A DNA stretch of 64,000 bases from Macrostomum lignano. Its lineage: Eukaryota. Shown here piece after piece: positions 51,701-64,000 of the stretch (the stretch's first letter is position 1; each line of letters starts with the position of its first letter). The notes under the pieces are model-generated. The model made no database searches, was not told the DNA's origin, and worked only from the letters and a program-made list of their open reading frames with translations. The stretch spans positions 67,680 through 131,679 of the forward strand of contig NIVC01002889.1 in NCBI GenBank assembly GCA_002269645.1. The letters are read 5' to 3'. The position numbers and the translations under genes are program-made.

Positions 51701-54626
51701 GAGCTACAGATAGAACTCATGTACCTCAGTATGAGCTACAGATAGAACTCATGTACCTCAGTATGAGCTACAGATAGAACTCATGTACCTCAGTATGAGC
51801 TACAGATAGAACTCATGTACCTCAGTATGAGCTACAGATAGAACTCATGTACCTCAGTATGAGCTACAGATAGAACTCATGTACCTCAGTATGAGCTACA
51901 GATAGAACTCATGTACCTCAGTATGAGCTACAGATAGAACTCATGTACCTCAGTATGAGCTACAGATAGAACTCATGTACCTCAGTATGAGCTACAGATA
52001 GAACTCATGTACCTCAGTATGAGCTACAGATAGAACTCATGTACCTCAGTATGAGCTACAGATAGAACTCATGTACCTCAGTATGAGCTACAGATAGAAC
52101 TCATGTACCTCAGTATGAGCTACAAATAGAACTTCAGGGATACATAATGTACTTTTAACGCTTTGCAACAAGCCATTTTGCTCAGAAATTCTGCTCATTT
52201 GTTGCACATTACAGCTTGAGAGCTTGCATTATTCTACATAAACGCGTCTCTCAAAACTGATCCATGGAAATGATAAAAATGGCATTGCCACCAGCACAGG
52301 CCAGCAGATTCGCATTACAATGTGCGCACACAATACAATAAAACAACTCATCTTGGATGATTGTACATTCTTTGTCATCATCTGTAGCGCCTGCATCCGG
52401 GTTGCTTTCAATCTCCCTCACTCCCCTCCACTCTATCCTCTGCCCAAGTCACGTGTGGCGTACAATGCGCCTCTGGACAATGCCTGTCGTTTAGTAAGCT
52501 TTGTTTCAATCCATGGAATCCACCCATTAGTCTAAAAGTCTTGCTGTTTTATTTTCCAGGAAATTCAGATTCCGCAAAGTTTATCAAATGCGCTAAATTT
52601 AACGTTTACAAATATTCAAATTCTCATTTGAATGGAATTTTCTCATCTAATTTTCTATTACCCAATTTCTTAAAACTCAGATTCTATGAACTTGTTTAGA
52701 ATCTCAGAGATTGACTCCAGAATCTCTAAAGTTCAGAATTCCTGAAGTTCAGACTCCCACAAGTTAAGAATTCCTGAAGTTCAGAATCTCTACAGTTCAG
52801 AATACCTGGAGTTCAGAATCTCTACAGTTCAGAATCCCTGAAGTTCAGAATCCCTGAAGTTCAGAATCCCTAAAGTTCAGAATCCCTGAAGTTCAGAATC
52901 CCTGAAGTTCAGAATCCCTGAAGTTCAGAATCCCTAAAGTTCAGAATCCCTGAAGTTCAGAATCCCTGAAGTTCAGAATCCCTAAAGTTCAGAATCCCTG
53001 AAGTTCAGAATCCTTGAAGTTCAGAATCCCTGAAGTTCAGAATCCCTGAAGTTCAGAATCCCTGAAGTTCAGAATCCCTGAAGTTCAGAATCCCTAAAGT
53101 TCAGAATCCCTGAAGTTCAGAATCCCTGAAGTTCAGAATCCCTAAAGTTCAGAATCCCTGAAGTTCAGAATCCCTAAAGTTCAGAATTCCTGAAGTTCAG
53201 ACTCCCACAAGTTAAGAATTCCTGAAGTTCAGAATCTCTACAGTTCAGAATACCTGGAGTTCAGAATCCCTAAAGTTCAGAATCCCTGAAGTTCAGAATC
53301 CTTGAAGTTCAGAATCCCTGAAGTTCAGAATCCCTAAAGTTCAGAATCCCTGAAATTCAGACTCCCACAAGTTAAGAATTCCTGAAGTTCAGAATCTCTA
53401 AAGTTCAGAATCCCTGAAGTTCAGAATCCCTAAATTTCAGAATCCCTGAAGTTCATAGAGCAATTGTTCTATACAATTAGATTCACTGAAAAGTACATAA
53501 TAAAGACAATAAGCGGCACCAACCTCGATCAGCACACTTTTCTTCAGAATCTTGATGGCGAACAAATTGCTTGACGCCTTCTCCCGGCACAGCACCACCT
53601 TGCCGAAGGTGCCCATGCCCAGCACCTTCAGCATCTCGAAGTCCGACAGGCTAACCTTGTTCCTGGGTCTGCGCGAAATTCAACGGAAAGTGTAATGTAA
53701 AATTCAATGCAATTATAGAATCTCTATAAACCTTTTGCCATAAAATTTTATCATAAAATTAATGCAACTAAAAATTCTCACAAGTTCATATCTAACAATG
53801 CCTTTATTAATAACTTGCTGACTCCCTCACAGCAAACTCCCTCACTGCAAGCTCCCTCACTGCATCTAGCTGACTCCCTCACTGCAAACTCCCTCACTGG
53901 CTATCTAGCAGCCCCAATCTACACGGGAACTCACAGTTCTGGCGGCTCCACAGCATCTGACGCGGTGCTAACAGTGGCCGGACACTCTCCAGACGACTTG
54001 TGCATATTAGTGACATTAACAATTGCGTTCACCCAGGCCTCGCGCTCGGCGTTAGTCTCAACGTAAAACATTCGATCAACAATATTGGTGCCCTGCAGGC
54101 CTCGAAGCAGAAATGTGAATGGCTTTGGCGTATCCATGAACAGAGCTTTGGAATTTTTAACAGTGAAATTGTTCAGCGGCTGTAGGTACTCTTTCTGAGT
54201 CTTTGGCTTCACTTTATAGCCAAAGAATGTGCCATCCTGGTACAGTATGAAGTAGCGACGCCGCCAGTTTTTAATGTGCTCGCCGCGTTTCATGAGGTAG
54301 CCTTCCTTAATTAGCGACTTGGAGATTGGAATGCGACTAGGCAGCGGCTCGTGCGGCATGCTGCAGGCCTGGCTAGGGGCTTCGTGAAACAGCTGCATGT
54401 GCTGGTTCATGTAGTTCAGGCTGGGCACTTCGTTTGGCGGCGGCCTCTGACCGCCGAAGTACTGCGACACCAATGTCGACACCGAGTCCATTGGAGAGCA
54501 GTTCGCCTGCTCACCGCCGGGAGGAAGGTGCAGCTGCTGCTGGGCGGCTGACGACTGCGGCGATTCGCCACAGTCAGGATTTTCAATTTCCATATCCATA
54601 TCGCCGTCTTCGTTGCGCTGTTCCAT
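48729..54626 (-). CDS. AKT: RAC serine/threonine kinase Akt/PKB, four exons, about 586 aa
   Basis: Exons 54626-53935 (PH domain [20 protein letters not shown]), 53668-53524 ([16 protein letters not shown]), 50291-49895 ([24 protein letters not shown]), 49255-48729 (DWWG, FEKFSF hydrophobic motif). All phases join. Confidence 0.97.
49430..49795. repeat. Degenerate about 30-bp repeat (GAGATCTCATGGGAGATGCAATGATCTGGGT), Akt intron 3
   Basis: About 12 diverged copies. Confidence 0.85.
50385..52135. repeat. 32-bp minisatellite (TCATGTACCTCAGTATGAGCTACAGATAGAAC), about 54 copies, Akt intron 2
   Basis: Near-perfect head-to-tail array without spacers. Confidence 0.98.
52730..53455. repeat. 16-bp minisatellite (GAAGTTCAGAATCCCT), Akt intron 2
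   Basis: About 45 copies. Confidence 0.95.
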
Positions 54627-54669
54627 GCATGCAGTTACACGGCGCTTTAGTCGATTAGTAGAAGGGCTA

Positions 54670-54730
54670 AGCCCCAAGGCAGACACAGTGTGTGTACATC
54701 AGGGCCCGCTGTACATCTTGCGTGAGCATT
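54670..54730 (+). mobile_element. SINE family A core fragment upstream of Akt ATG
   Basis: CCCCAAGGCAGACACAGTGTGTGTACATCAGGGCCCGCTGTACATC resembles the family core. Confidence 0.5.
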
Positions 54731-56109
54731 CCTCAGGAAAAAAACTCACAACGCTTAAGTATCAGTTTTCATACAACCTGAAGCTGCATTACCCAACCCA
54801 ACTCTACCTACAGCTGAAGTACTTTGCTCTGCTACAGGCATAGCTTTGATGTATTGTATTTTCTAATCTATCTAATATATTTAATTTTAAACGCTTAAGA
54901 AAAACATTTCAAATAGTAACTCAGAGCAACTGTCACCTTAGCGCGTGCTTATAAAATATACTAATATTACCCAATATAGAAGCCTAGAAATGGTAACTCA
55001 CTGTCAGGCTTGAATATTTAATTTCGAGCAAAAACTACTCGGATTTGTTGACTGCCAGTCATCACGCGCCTTCGCCTGATAAAAAGCTTCCCCCTCAAGC
55101 CCTGACCTCTTCTTAGCTTTCTTATCAAATCGGTGCAGCGCACCAATGCACAGCTAGTGCAAGCCTATGAAGGCATCGCACTCGCTGCAATAACAATCCT
55201 AACTTTACAAGCTAAGGACATTGTACCCTATGAAAGGCAGCGAAAAAAGGTAAACACAAACACAAAAGTTTGCTCTAGTTTTCCCGCAGACTGACTCGGC
55301 ATTAGCCGCTAAAAAGGAAGTCGGACGGCGAGCTGACACAGCGATACAGTGTAGAGTTATCGAAGCCCTAGGCAGCATCCCCCCTAGCTTGCTGGCTAAA
55401 GAAGAGGAAATGAAAAGGAGGCAAGCAGCAGAGGCCAGTGACGCAAATAGAAACCTTTTTGAATGAAACCCTAACAAGGAAGCCGGGCCGGGAGCAGCGG
55501 AGTAGCAAAACGCGAGCTAGAGAGAGAAAGAAGGCAGAGCGGCGGATTCAAGTAGCACAGATTGAAGGAAGACAGATATATTAATAACGGTTTGCCTATG
55601 CAATACAGCCCACAACAGTAATAGCAATTATAAGGTAAAAACTAATGACAGGGAAGAACGTACTGATGGAGGGCCGCGGAAAATCCTAATGTTCATAATT
55701 AATGCAAAGCGTTTAGATTAATATTTTTAAGCCCTAAGTCTCGCTCGCAGTTTAATGAATACAGAAACTACATATGCAGATAGGGGTTTCTGAGTTCACA
55801 GCGAAGTGTAAACACAAGTGATTACCCAAGCACCACTGACTGACTGGGTTAAAGCACGAAAACACCTAGGCTAAGAGATTGCAAACTAAGAAAGGTCCCG
55901 CACGTGACAGCTTGACTGAGCGCATAAGCAGAAACTGCTATGCTTTGACCTTCAAAGCACATCGTTACATAATGAAGTCGTAACTGAAGCCTCAATCGAT
56001 TTTCATGATTTAGCAGGCCACAGGTAACAAATAGCAGGTAAAGGCACCAAAGTAACAATATACTGACGCATTAACAAAACGGATTTTTTCACACAAACAC
56101 AACTAAAAC

Positions 56110-56570
56110 TTACTGCCTGAATTCCGCACAAACACGAACTAAAACTGCCTCAATTCCGCACAAACACGAACTAAAACTGCCTCAATTCCGCACAAATACG
56201 AACTAAAACTGCCTCAATTCCGCACAAACACGAACTAAAACTGCCTCAATTCCGCACAAACACGAACTAAACCTGCCTCAATTCCGCACAAACACGAACT
56301 AAAGCTGCCTCAATTCCGCACAAACACGAACTAAAGCTGCCTCAATTCCGCACAAACACGAACTAAAACTGCCTCAATTCCGCACAAACACGAACTAAAC
56401 CTGCCTCAATTCCGCACAAACACGAACTAAACCTGCCTCAATTCCGCACAAACACGAACTAAAACTGCCTCAATTCCGCACAAACACGAACTAAACCTGC
56501 CTCAATTCCGCACAAACACGAACTAAAACTGACTGAATTCCACACAAACACGAACTAAAACTGCCTAGAT
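56110..56570. repeat. 32-bp minisatellite (AATTCCGCACAAACACGAACTAAAACTGCCTC), about 14 copies
   Basis: Direct reading. Confidence 0.95.
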
Positions 56571-58923
56571 TCTGCCCAGTTCGCACACAATATCAGTCTA
56601 TAAATTCTAGTAAAAAATTTTACGTCAATAAGGACATTGTCACAACTCACATACTGACTATTGCAGGAAAGAGACGCGTCAGACAAAATTAGATGTAGCT
56701 ATACTTGATGAATACACAGACAGACACGATATAATCCAAATCCAGCGGGGTGAATTCCGCGGGATTAAGCACGGGGAACACACATATATAGGCATATACG
56801 GGAGATGGAAACCGTATAAAACGGCACAAGGGAGGGGGGATTGACAGTTCTAAGCATGGCTTTATGCAGAAATCCCAACAGCCAATGAGAATGAAAGGAC
56901 ACTTTGACATTAAATTCAAACTACTAGACTGGCTGATGTTTGAGCAGGCTGGGTGAGACAGAGTTCAGCCAGATGGATTTAGATGAGGAGAAAGCGAAAA
57001 AGAAAAGTAAAACTCTTCTCGTGCCCGCGCGCTGCAGCCGGGGTCAGAGAAATCCCGAACAGCGCGGCGCCGCACTTTCTTGCCTCCTCCCGAAAGAACA
57101 AGCTCGTTGGCCAATGAGCGATCAGGTGATTAGCTGTGATTAGCAGAATCTGAATTCTGAGCATTCCGAGACTTGACTAGCCTCCTGTTTGCGTGCGAGT
57201 TGAGCACAACGAATGCAAAACCATCCGACCCTTCTCCCCAGAAGGAACAAGCTTAGCCGGCCTAAGTTGATTTACACTAGGCTCAGTGGAGATGAAGCCA
57301 GCTGAGCTCACTTCAGTAACAGAGGCTGAGCATTGTAATCAAAGCCGAAATAATTTTGCAGATTTCAATAAGAGCAAGCTCTAATGATTCTGCAATGCAG
57401 AAACAGAAGAACCATGGCATACATGGGGGCACTCCATCGAATTGAGATAAATTTACCTTTCATATTATTTTATATTTGATAATGGATTAAACCATACTTT
57501 AAACTTTGGCATCCTGAATTCCTACCCAGATGCCTAATTGAAACTCTGTTTTTCCAAGCTGTGAACAGAGTCCACACACTCTGCAACTTTCATGGGTCAG
57601 AGAGGCTTAGGTAGAGAAGTGTGAAAAGTAGATATTCCAGCCATTTTCAATTGGGCATCCTGAATTAAGACCTAGGATGCCAAATAGAACTACAATTCTA
57701 ATATCAAAAAACATAACAGATAAAAAACAATACTAATACTCACTACAATCTAATTTTTCTTTGAAAGAAAGAGCAAAAAGCTCATCTAAATCATAAAAAT
57801 ATTGTCAACCTAATTTGATATCAAATGCCCCAAGCCTTGGCTTTAAGTTAAGACTCCTCTGTTTGCTTTTTTTCAATAATCCAATGTGATAAGAAAACTG
57901 ATGAATAAAGGGCAAAATATGAGTATATTATATATTTTTGCCTTTAACATCCCTTCTTAAATTCATTTAAATTGTATTAATCAAGTATACTTTTACTTTT
58001 TATATATAACTGATAATATTCTTAGAGTAAAATCATACAGGGTATAAATTAAATAGAAAGCCAAAAAGAGACAGAGCAGCCAGTTTCTTTATTGAGTTTA
58101 ATAACTAATACTATTTCTTCTTTAACTAATTAAATTTACTTTGAACCTTTTGGCAGTCTTTAAAATAGACTCATTTCCTTAGATTGAGAAAAGTCCAAGC
58201 ATTAATAGAATTAGTAGCCATTTAGAAAAAGAAATATCCTAGCCTATTAATCTAAAGAAATTGTTTCAAGCAATACAAACCTCTTAGAACTATGACACTC
58301 TGATCTTAGGAATGCCCAAAGAGAAAGAAATCCCTTATAAGATAAACAGTGCTATACAATATAACTACTTAGGCTAGACTCCTGCGCTAGGGGCCTACTC
58401 AATAGATAATCCATATGTTACCAATAAACAATGCATGCACTACCAGTAATGTATATACATTGTGCATATTGTGATGGTGTCAAATTCTGTTTGTCCAATA
58501 CTTTATGGATTATTTAAACTTAACATATAATAGATATGTGATTTTTCAATATAATCTTAATTAATTAACCTGATCTATTCTAATCTAATCTAATCAATAC
58601 TTGAGTTTGTTTTAATTGTATCTCAAAAGTGAACTATTTTGAAGCATAATTATTGTCTCTTTTTACCCTCTACTCTGCTCTCTATGCAGGCACTAGCATT
58701 GTCTTGTGACCAATCATATGCTACAGTCTCTATTGCAAAAAACTCAATCTATTACATGCTAGACTAAAGGCCCTTCATTATATTACACATTTAACAACTA
58801 CAGAAGCCTGTCCCTTTCAACTGTAAATTGACTGTCAATTAAATAAAAATAAAAATATTCTTATATATTCTTAGCAAAAGCATACTTTATGACTATACTA
58901 CTTTTCACCTTGTCACATTTTAA

Positions 58924-58972
58924 TGGAGGTCCCACCAAGACTCAAACTTGGGTTGCAGGATTCAAAGTCCTA
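58924..58972 (-). pseudogene. 5'-truncated tRNA-Gln(TTG) pseudogene with encoded CCA
   Basis: Minus strand: TAGGA CTTTGAA TCCTG CAAC CCAAG TTTGAGT CTTGG TGGGACC T CCA = anticodon arm (TTG), variable loop, T arm, 3' acceptor strand, discriminator and CCA. No matching 5' acceptor strand or D arm; T loop TTC is mutated to TTT. Confidence 0.8.
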
Positions 58973-61708
58973 AGTCACCTCATCACAATATACCCTTTCT
59001 TGTTCAACTTTAACAAATCTGCAATGCAATTTAGACAACTTGACATTCATTTTGATCATCAATTTTTATACTTTTAGTTAGACTTTTAAATTAAACAAAG
59101 CCAGTTCTTCATTGAGAGTACTTTGTCTATGGTCTAAATTCAAGTTTTGGGGCAAAGCTCACATTCAATTTCAACAACTCTAATTCAATTTAGACATGCT
59201 AATCTGAGCCCTTTAGACTTTTGCTTCCTGTCAGCTGTCTCCGACCTTGAGAAAGAAAAGAATTGGAGACTAATGTATATTCTGTAAGAAAGGCTGGCCT
59301 CATCCTAAAACCTTCAATAACAGTATGCATGAACATAATAGAACAGAGAAAAATTCAATGTTGAAATTGAATGGGAAAAGGTGTAATTTAAGCTATATAT
59401 GATATACTATTAAAAATATAAAACCTGAGTAACAACTTTTGGAGATCAATTTTGTAAGATCAATTTTAGAAAGTAGCTCGTAGAACAATCATACCAGCAA
59501 ACTTGTAACAATTTGGCATCAGTAGTAGATTTAAAAGAGCAGAGAAACCCTATAACATAACTATTTGCAACTCATATTGTTGCTCTTGCAATAATGAAGT
59601 ATATTTGTTAATAGTCTTAGTGCAATACCAAATATAAAAAGAATATATTGTAACAAATTCTAAAAGAAAGAAAATTGGCTTGATTTATTCTTGATTTTCA
59701 TCTTGTTGGAAAGTTGGTGCTATTAGCACAATTTTTGATAGACATTAATATATAAAAATAGATAAAAATTTGACAAACATTCATCTTTATATCATCTTCA
59801 TCTTTGTTAGACTAAAAGAAAAAAGTTAGAGCAAAAAATTAGATAACTTATCAATTTCTTAAAAAACATAATAACAACTCCAACTTTCACTCAATATAAC
59901 TCCAATTTTCAATTATATATAATATGTATAAATATGACAATGTATGTTTGTCCAATTTTATCAATATTCATCTACACAAGTCAGACCAATTACATAACTA
60001 TTGCTTAACACTGAAGGCTCAATATTAATGCAAAAATGCATATAGTTAATGTAGATAGGCAAAGTACTGCACTATGGAATATTACCACTGTGTTAATGAT
60101 TCAATACTAATGCTAACTAGCATTGTACCCTATTCTTTACCCTATAAATAAGCTGCTTTTTGGTGTAAGACAACAAGACAATATAATATTAGATAAGAAT
60201 GAAGCTTCCCACATTTGGCTACTTCCTTCCAGTGTTTCTGAGTTAAAAAGAATTGAATTGGGATACTTCTTGGACTATTAGACAGTTTTTATAGAAACAT
60301 CAATGCTTCTGGACAGAAGCAGCAAAGAAGCAGACCATTTTTTCAGCGGGTAAAAGATAGGCCTATAAAGCCCTAAAACATATACCTAATGATACACACA
60401 CTGCAGTGCAAAAGTATTCATTTATAATCATAAAGCAACATGTCAATATAATACTTAGCAATAAATTAATTTGCCATAAAAGCATAAAACCATGAAGCAT
60501 TAATCCTTTTTACATTGCTTGGGAATTCAAGAACCAGTCCATAGTCTTGTGGAGGCCTTTTTTGGAGAAAATTCCCTGCATGCATAGGCTTCTGAACATC
60601 TGCACCATATACAGCATGGCTCAAAGCCATTTCTACCATGTAGCCACATACTTAGTGTGGATAGCGAACTATACACTGCTCCACAGTATGCAAGATGGTG
60701 CAACTCATAAATCACAACCAATTTACAAATTCACAAAACTAAATGAACACTCTTGTTAACAAAATTTTGTTTTCCTAATAATTTTTTACTGAATATTTAT
60801 CTATATTTTGCAGCAAATTTGTTTTGATTGTTATAATTTTAATAAATACAGTTTTTTTCAAGTTTAATTTTTTAAAATTATTACTCTTTTAATAGAATTT
60901 TTCAAGTAAACACAAAACATCAATCTTAACAAAATAACAAAAAACTGATGTTATGAAGCACTTTCTGTCACTAAAATGACAAAACTCACCAAATCTTTTA
61001 ATTTTCTTCTTCAAAAAAGTTGTGTATCTATCATAAAAACAACATGTAACTGTAAAAACTATTTGTCATAAAATAAAAGGCACTGGTTGCAACTGCAAAA
61101 AAGGTCCTTTATTGTTGCAACACCTTATAGGCCCTTTTTGTAAAACATGACTGCTAACTAAATGCAATTTCCATGGTGGCCAAAAAATGTTCCCACATGG
61201 CCTGCACATTTACAAGACTATGGGAACCAATATATAAATATATTAATTAAACCAGAGCCAATTGATTAGTTTGCTGTCTGTATCAACAATTATCTAGGAT
61301 ACCAAAAAAGCCCCAGACAATGGAGGCTAATAATTAAGTGAATAATGGAAAGGCAAGAATGAAAGTCTAAGATGTGGCAAAAAAGGCAGCTATGACAAAG
61401 GCTTCTATCTACAAAGGCCCTTAATGCAGGGCCATAGTGGCATAGATTGTGACCATTACTCTGGTGGGCTATAGGAGGCCTACTAATATATAAAGCATTG
61501 TAGCTATCAATGCATTGTCTATGTAAGTCCATTAGCTTATTGAAATATGATTTTAAAAAGGCCAATAAATATAAACATAACAGAATATAGACATGAAAAG
61601 ATTTATTCTTTAGATACTATTCCAGAATATGGAAATCAAGGAAATTGTTAATAGAAAATTGTATCAATATTGCACTAAACTTCAACTAACTTTTCTCTAA
61701 CATATATG

Positions 61709-61878
61709 CGCAACCTTGGAAATCACTTAGCCATTTCTATTGGCAACACACACACACACACATGTAAGTCACTATTGGCTAAGAGCAATCACGTGATTAC
61801 TATTTTGTCCAATAGCAACTTACATATATATGTTGCCAATAGAAATGGCCAGTAGATCCCTAGGTTGCATCCAAGCAT
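61709..61878. other. About 170-bp imperfect palindrome with central AATCACGTGATT
   Basis: GCCATTTCTATTGGCAACA (61730-61748) pairs perfectly with TGTTGCCAATAGAAATGGC (61831-61849); inner ATGTAAGT/ACTTACAT and TATTGG/CCAATA and outer GCAACCT/AGGTTGC also pair. Confidence 0.75.
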
Positions 61879-64000
61879 GGTGCAAACTATTAGAGTTAGG
61901 TCCCAATGGGCTCTCTTTGTAGTATATACCAAGCCCTATTTGGCTAACTTTTTGTACAAAGAAAAAGTTAAAATAATCATCTAGGCCTACAGCTTTTAAA
62001 AGTAAAACTAGTCAGTTTCAGTTAAACAATGAATGTCAATAATTATTATCCAAAAGAATAATAATAAGTTTGAAAATATATATAATAAGGCACATTTTTT
62101 TCTAGAAATGTTTAATTTTTATTGCTAAATTGAATTCCCACCAAAAAAACATTTTAAAACATGATCATTTGTTTAAATATGTTATTTGTTCTACTTAGGT
62201 GAATTTTGTTTTAATTATGTAATCAATTTTGTTATGAATAGAGTTTTGTTTTCATTGTGATTGGTCAGCCAATGGAGTATTATTCAAGTAGTATAAATAA
62301 AAGCTAAATAAATACTAGAATACTTCAACCTTGGAAGTTACCCTACTAGTTAATCTTTATTTGGTTCAAACTAAAACTGAATAGTCTTTTGTCTTAAGTT
62401 ATTTGAGGAATATTAAATTAATGATTGTTGAATGAAACATGATTGTGGGTTAGAAGAGCCATGTTGGATAGAATAAGGGCATTTTGCTAGCTAAATAAGC
62501 ATTTTGCAATAAAAAGAGAAAGGCAGATTGCCCAGATAAGGTGGAATTCCCCAGGAATAAGTAAACTGTTACAATTGAAATACAGGATGTATTGCTAAAA
62601 GTTGGAAATGACAGTATAAAAGCTAGAAACCCTTGGTCATTAATAATACTATATTGGACTATATAACTTAATAATTAGTAGTCAGCAATGTCTTGCCACT
62701 TAGGCACTGATGCTACTAGGGTAACTTGTACTGATAATAGCCATATATGTATATCTCTAGGATAGGACAATTAGACCTAGTACAAATTGGTGGCTAGTCC
62801 AACTAGTAGGAGTTAGATAGGGAAGACCATAGTCCAGATCATGCTAGGTGTACACCTAAACAAAAGTTTATATTTACAAATGAATGCTAAAAAAATGCAG
62901 TACACACCTATCTTAAAACTCTGCAATGTTGCAACAATAAATGACCTTTTTACGTTGTGACAATAAATGACTTTTTTCATTGTGTAATAGATTCTTTTTG
63001 ACATAATTTGATTAATTTTCCTATCTTTTCAGAGATACAATTTATAATAGAAAATTGATATATGCAAAGATTTGTTTAAAAGCCTTATTACAAGCTTAAA
63101 AACCAGAAAGCATGAAATTTTGGCTTAAAATAAACTTTTTTTCATGATTTTTCTACTTTACAATAACTCTTATGCATGATTCTATAAAGTGCATGCTAGG
63201 TGTATTTTCTTAGGAATGATGCATACCAACTGTGCAAAGCCAAAGCCAATGCACGCCTAAATTTTTAGGCATTTACTAGATTATTCAGAGTATAGAGGGA
63301 AGAAATAGGTCTATAATAACTTAGAGTCAGTGATGAAATTTTAATAATTAGAGAAAAGTTTTGCTTTACATATATATAAAAGAGGGAAATGTATATTCAC
63401 TTATTAAAATTTAAATTTAAATTAAATTTACTTATTTAAAAATAAGTAAATTGATAAAAAAAGCATTAAACAATTTGGTAATTTTGACTAGAGAAAAAAT
63501 TAAAAAATTTAAATTTCATGCAAAATAAAGCTATGTTCAAAGTCTTTCTAGATAAAACTAAGCCTGTGGTACAAAGAAAAAAGCTGAAGGCTATTACCAA
63601 AAGCCTCTTTAGCTTTTATATGTAGGCCTAGGCCCTAGCCTAGCCTAGCGTAGCCTAAGTAGGTTATTAGATAGATATTCATAGAAAAAATTACAATACC
63701 TAGTTAAAATTCAGCGGGTTGTGCAAGTATGATCTTAGTGAAATAGATGTATATATTCGACCTATACTAGGTCTACACAACCTGAGAAATGAGAATGAGA
63801 TCATCTGTATCAGTTCTAACTTATGGTTCTATACAATACACTAATGTCGTAATGACAATTTGGAATGAAAAAGGCTATAAACTCAGTCATCAAAAGCTAG
63901 GCCTACATAAGGATAGTGGTATTAGCTAAGTTGAATAAGACTTTATAGATGACCTAAAGAAGGCTTAATAGACAAATGAAAATAAAAGACTAGATAGATT

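Larger units (their letters stand above)
57440..64000. other. AT-rich, strongly CpG-depleted domain running to the window end
   Basis: By eye only about a dozen CG dinucleotides in about 6.5 kb while GC, CA and TG are common; comparably AT-rich DNA at 900-4800 has CG in most 60-nt lines. Confidence 0.85.

Noticed and set aside
50385-52135. CRISPR-like 32-bp partially palindromic repeat (also 6235-6533 and 56110-56570)
   Set aside because: No unique spacers, no cas genes, eukaryotic intronic context.
58183-58449. Frame with three internal TAG stops, and a minus frame at 60480-60720 with one TAA, as possible decayed genes
   Set aside because: No recognisable motif by eye and the stop density is not clearly below chance; needs HMM search after CpG restoration.

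Overview
Eukaryotic (invertebrate animal) genomic DNA, not prokaryotic. GC-rich GT-AG-spliced exons sit in AT-rich DNA packed with micro- and minisatellites. The style is consistent with a repeat-rich free-living flatworm such as Macrostomum, but this is inference only. Genes reconstructed by hand: a DEG/ENaC channel (5' part, runs off the left edge), a two-exon Cys-rich membrane protein, a putative two-exon orphan, a very divergent opsin, a group III secreted phospholipase A2, a secreted C-type-lectin/PAN-like protein, a 7-exon non-alpha nicotinic acetylcholine receptor subunit, myo-inositol oxygenase, a cytosolic sulfotransferase, a FAX/metaxin-like GST-fold protein, an NADPH-oxidase-like protein with no visible EF-hands, and Akt/PKB. 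Most long ORFs in the supplied track are artefacts of tandem repeats. Main oddities: (1) most long introns hold their own unrelated tandem repeat, some built from the host gene's splice signals; (2) a sharply bounded CpG-depleted domain from about 57.4 kb to the window end contains a CCA-tailed tRNA-Gln fragment whose inferred ancestral CpGs all read TpG/CpA; (3) the opsin keeps the retinal lysine but lacks the usual counterion, ERY and NPxxY motifs.
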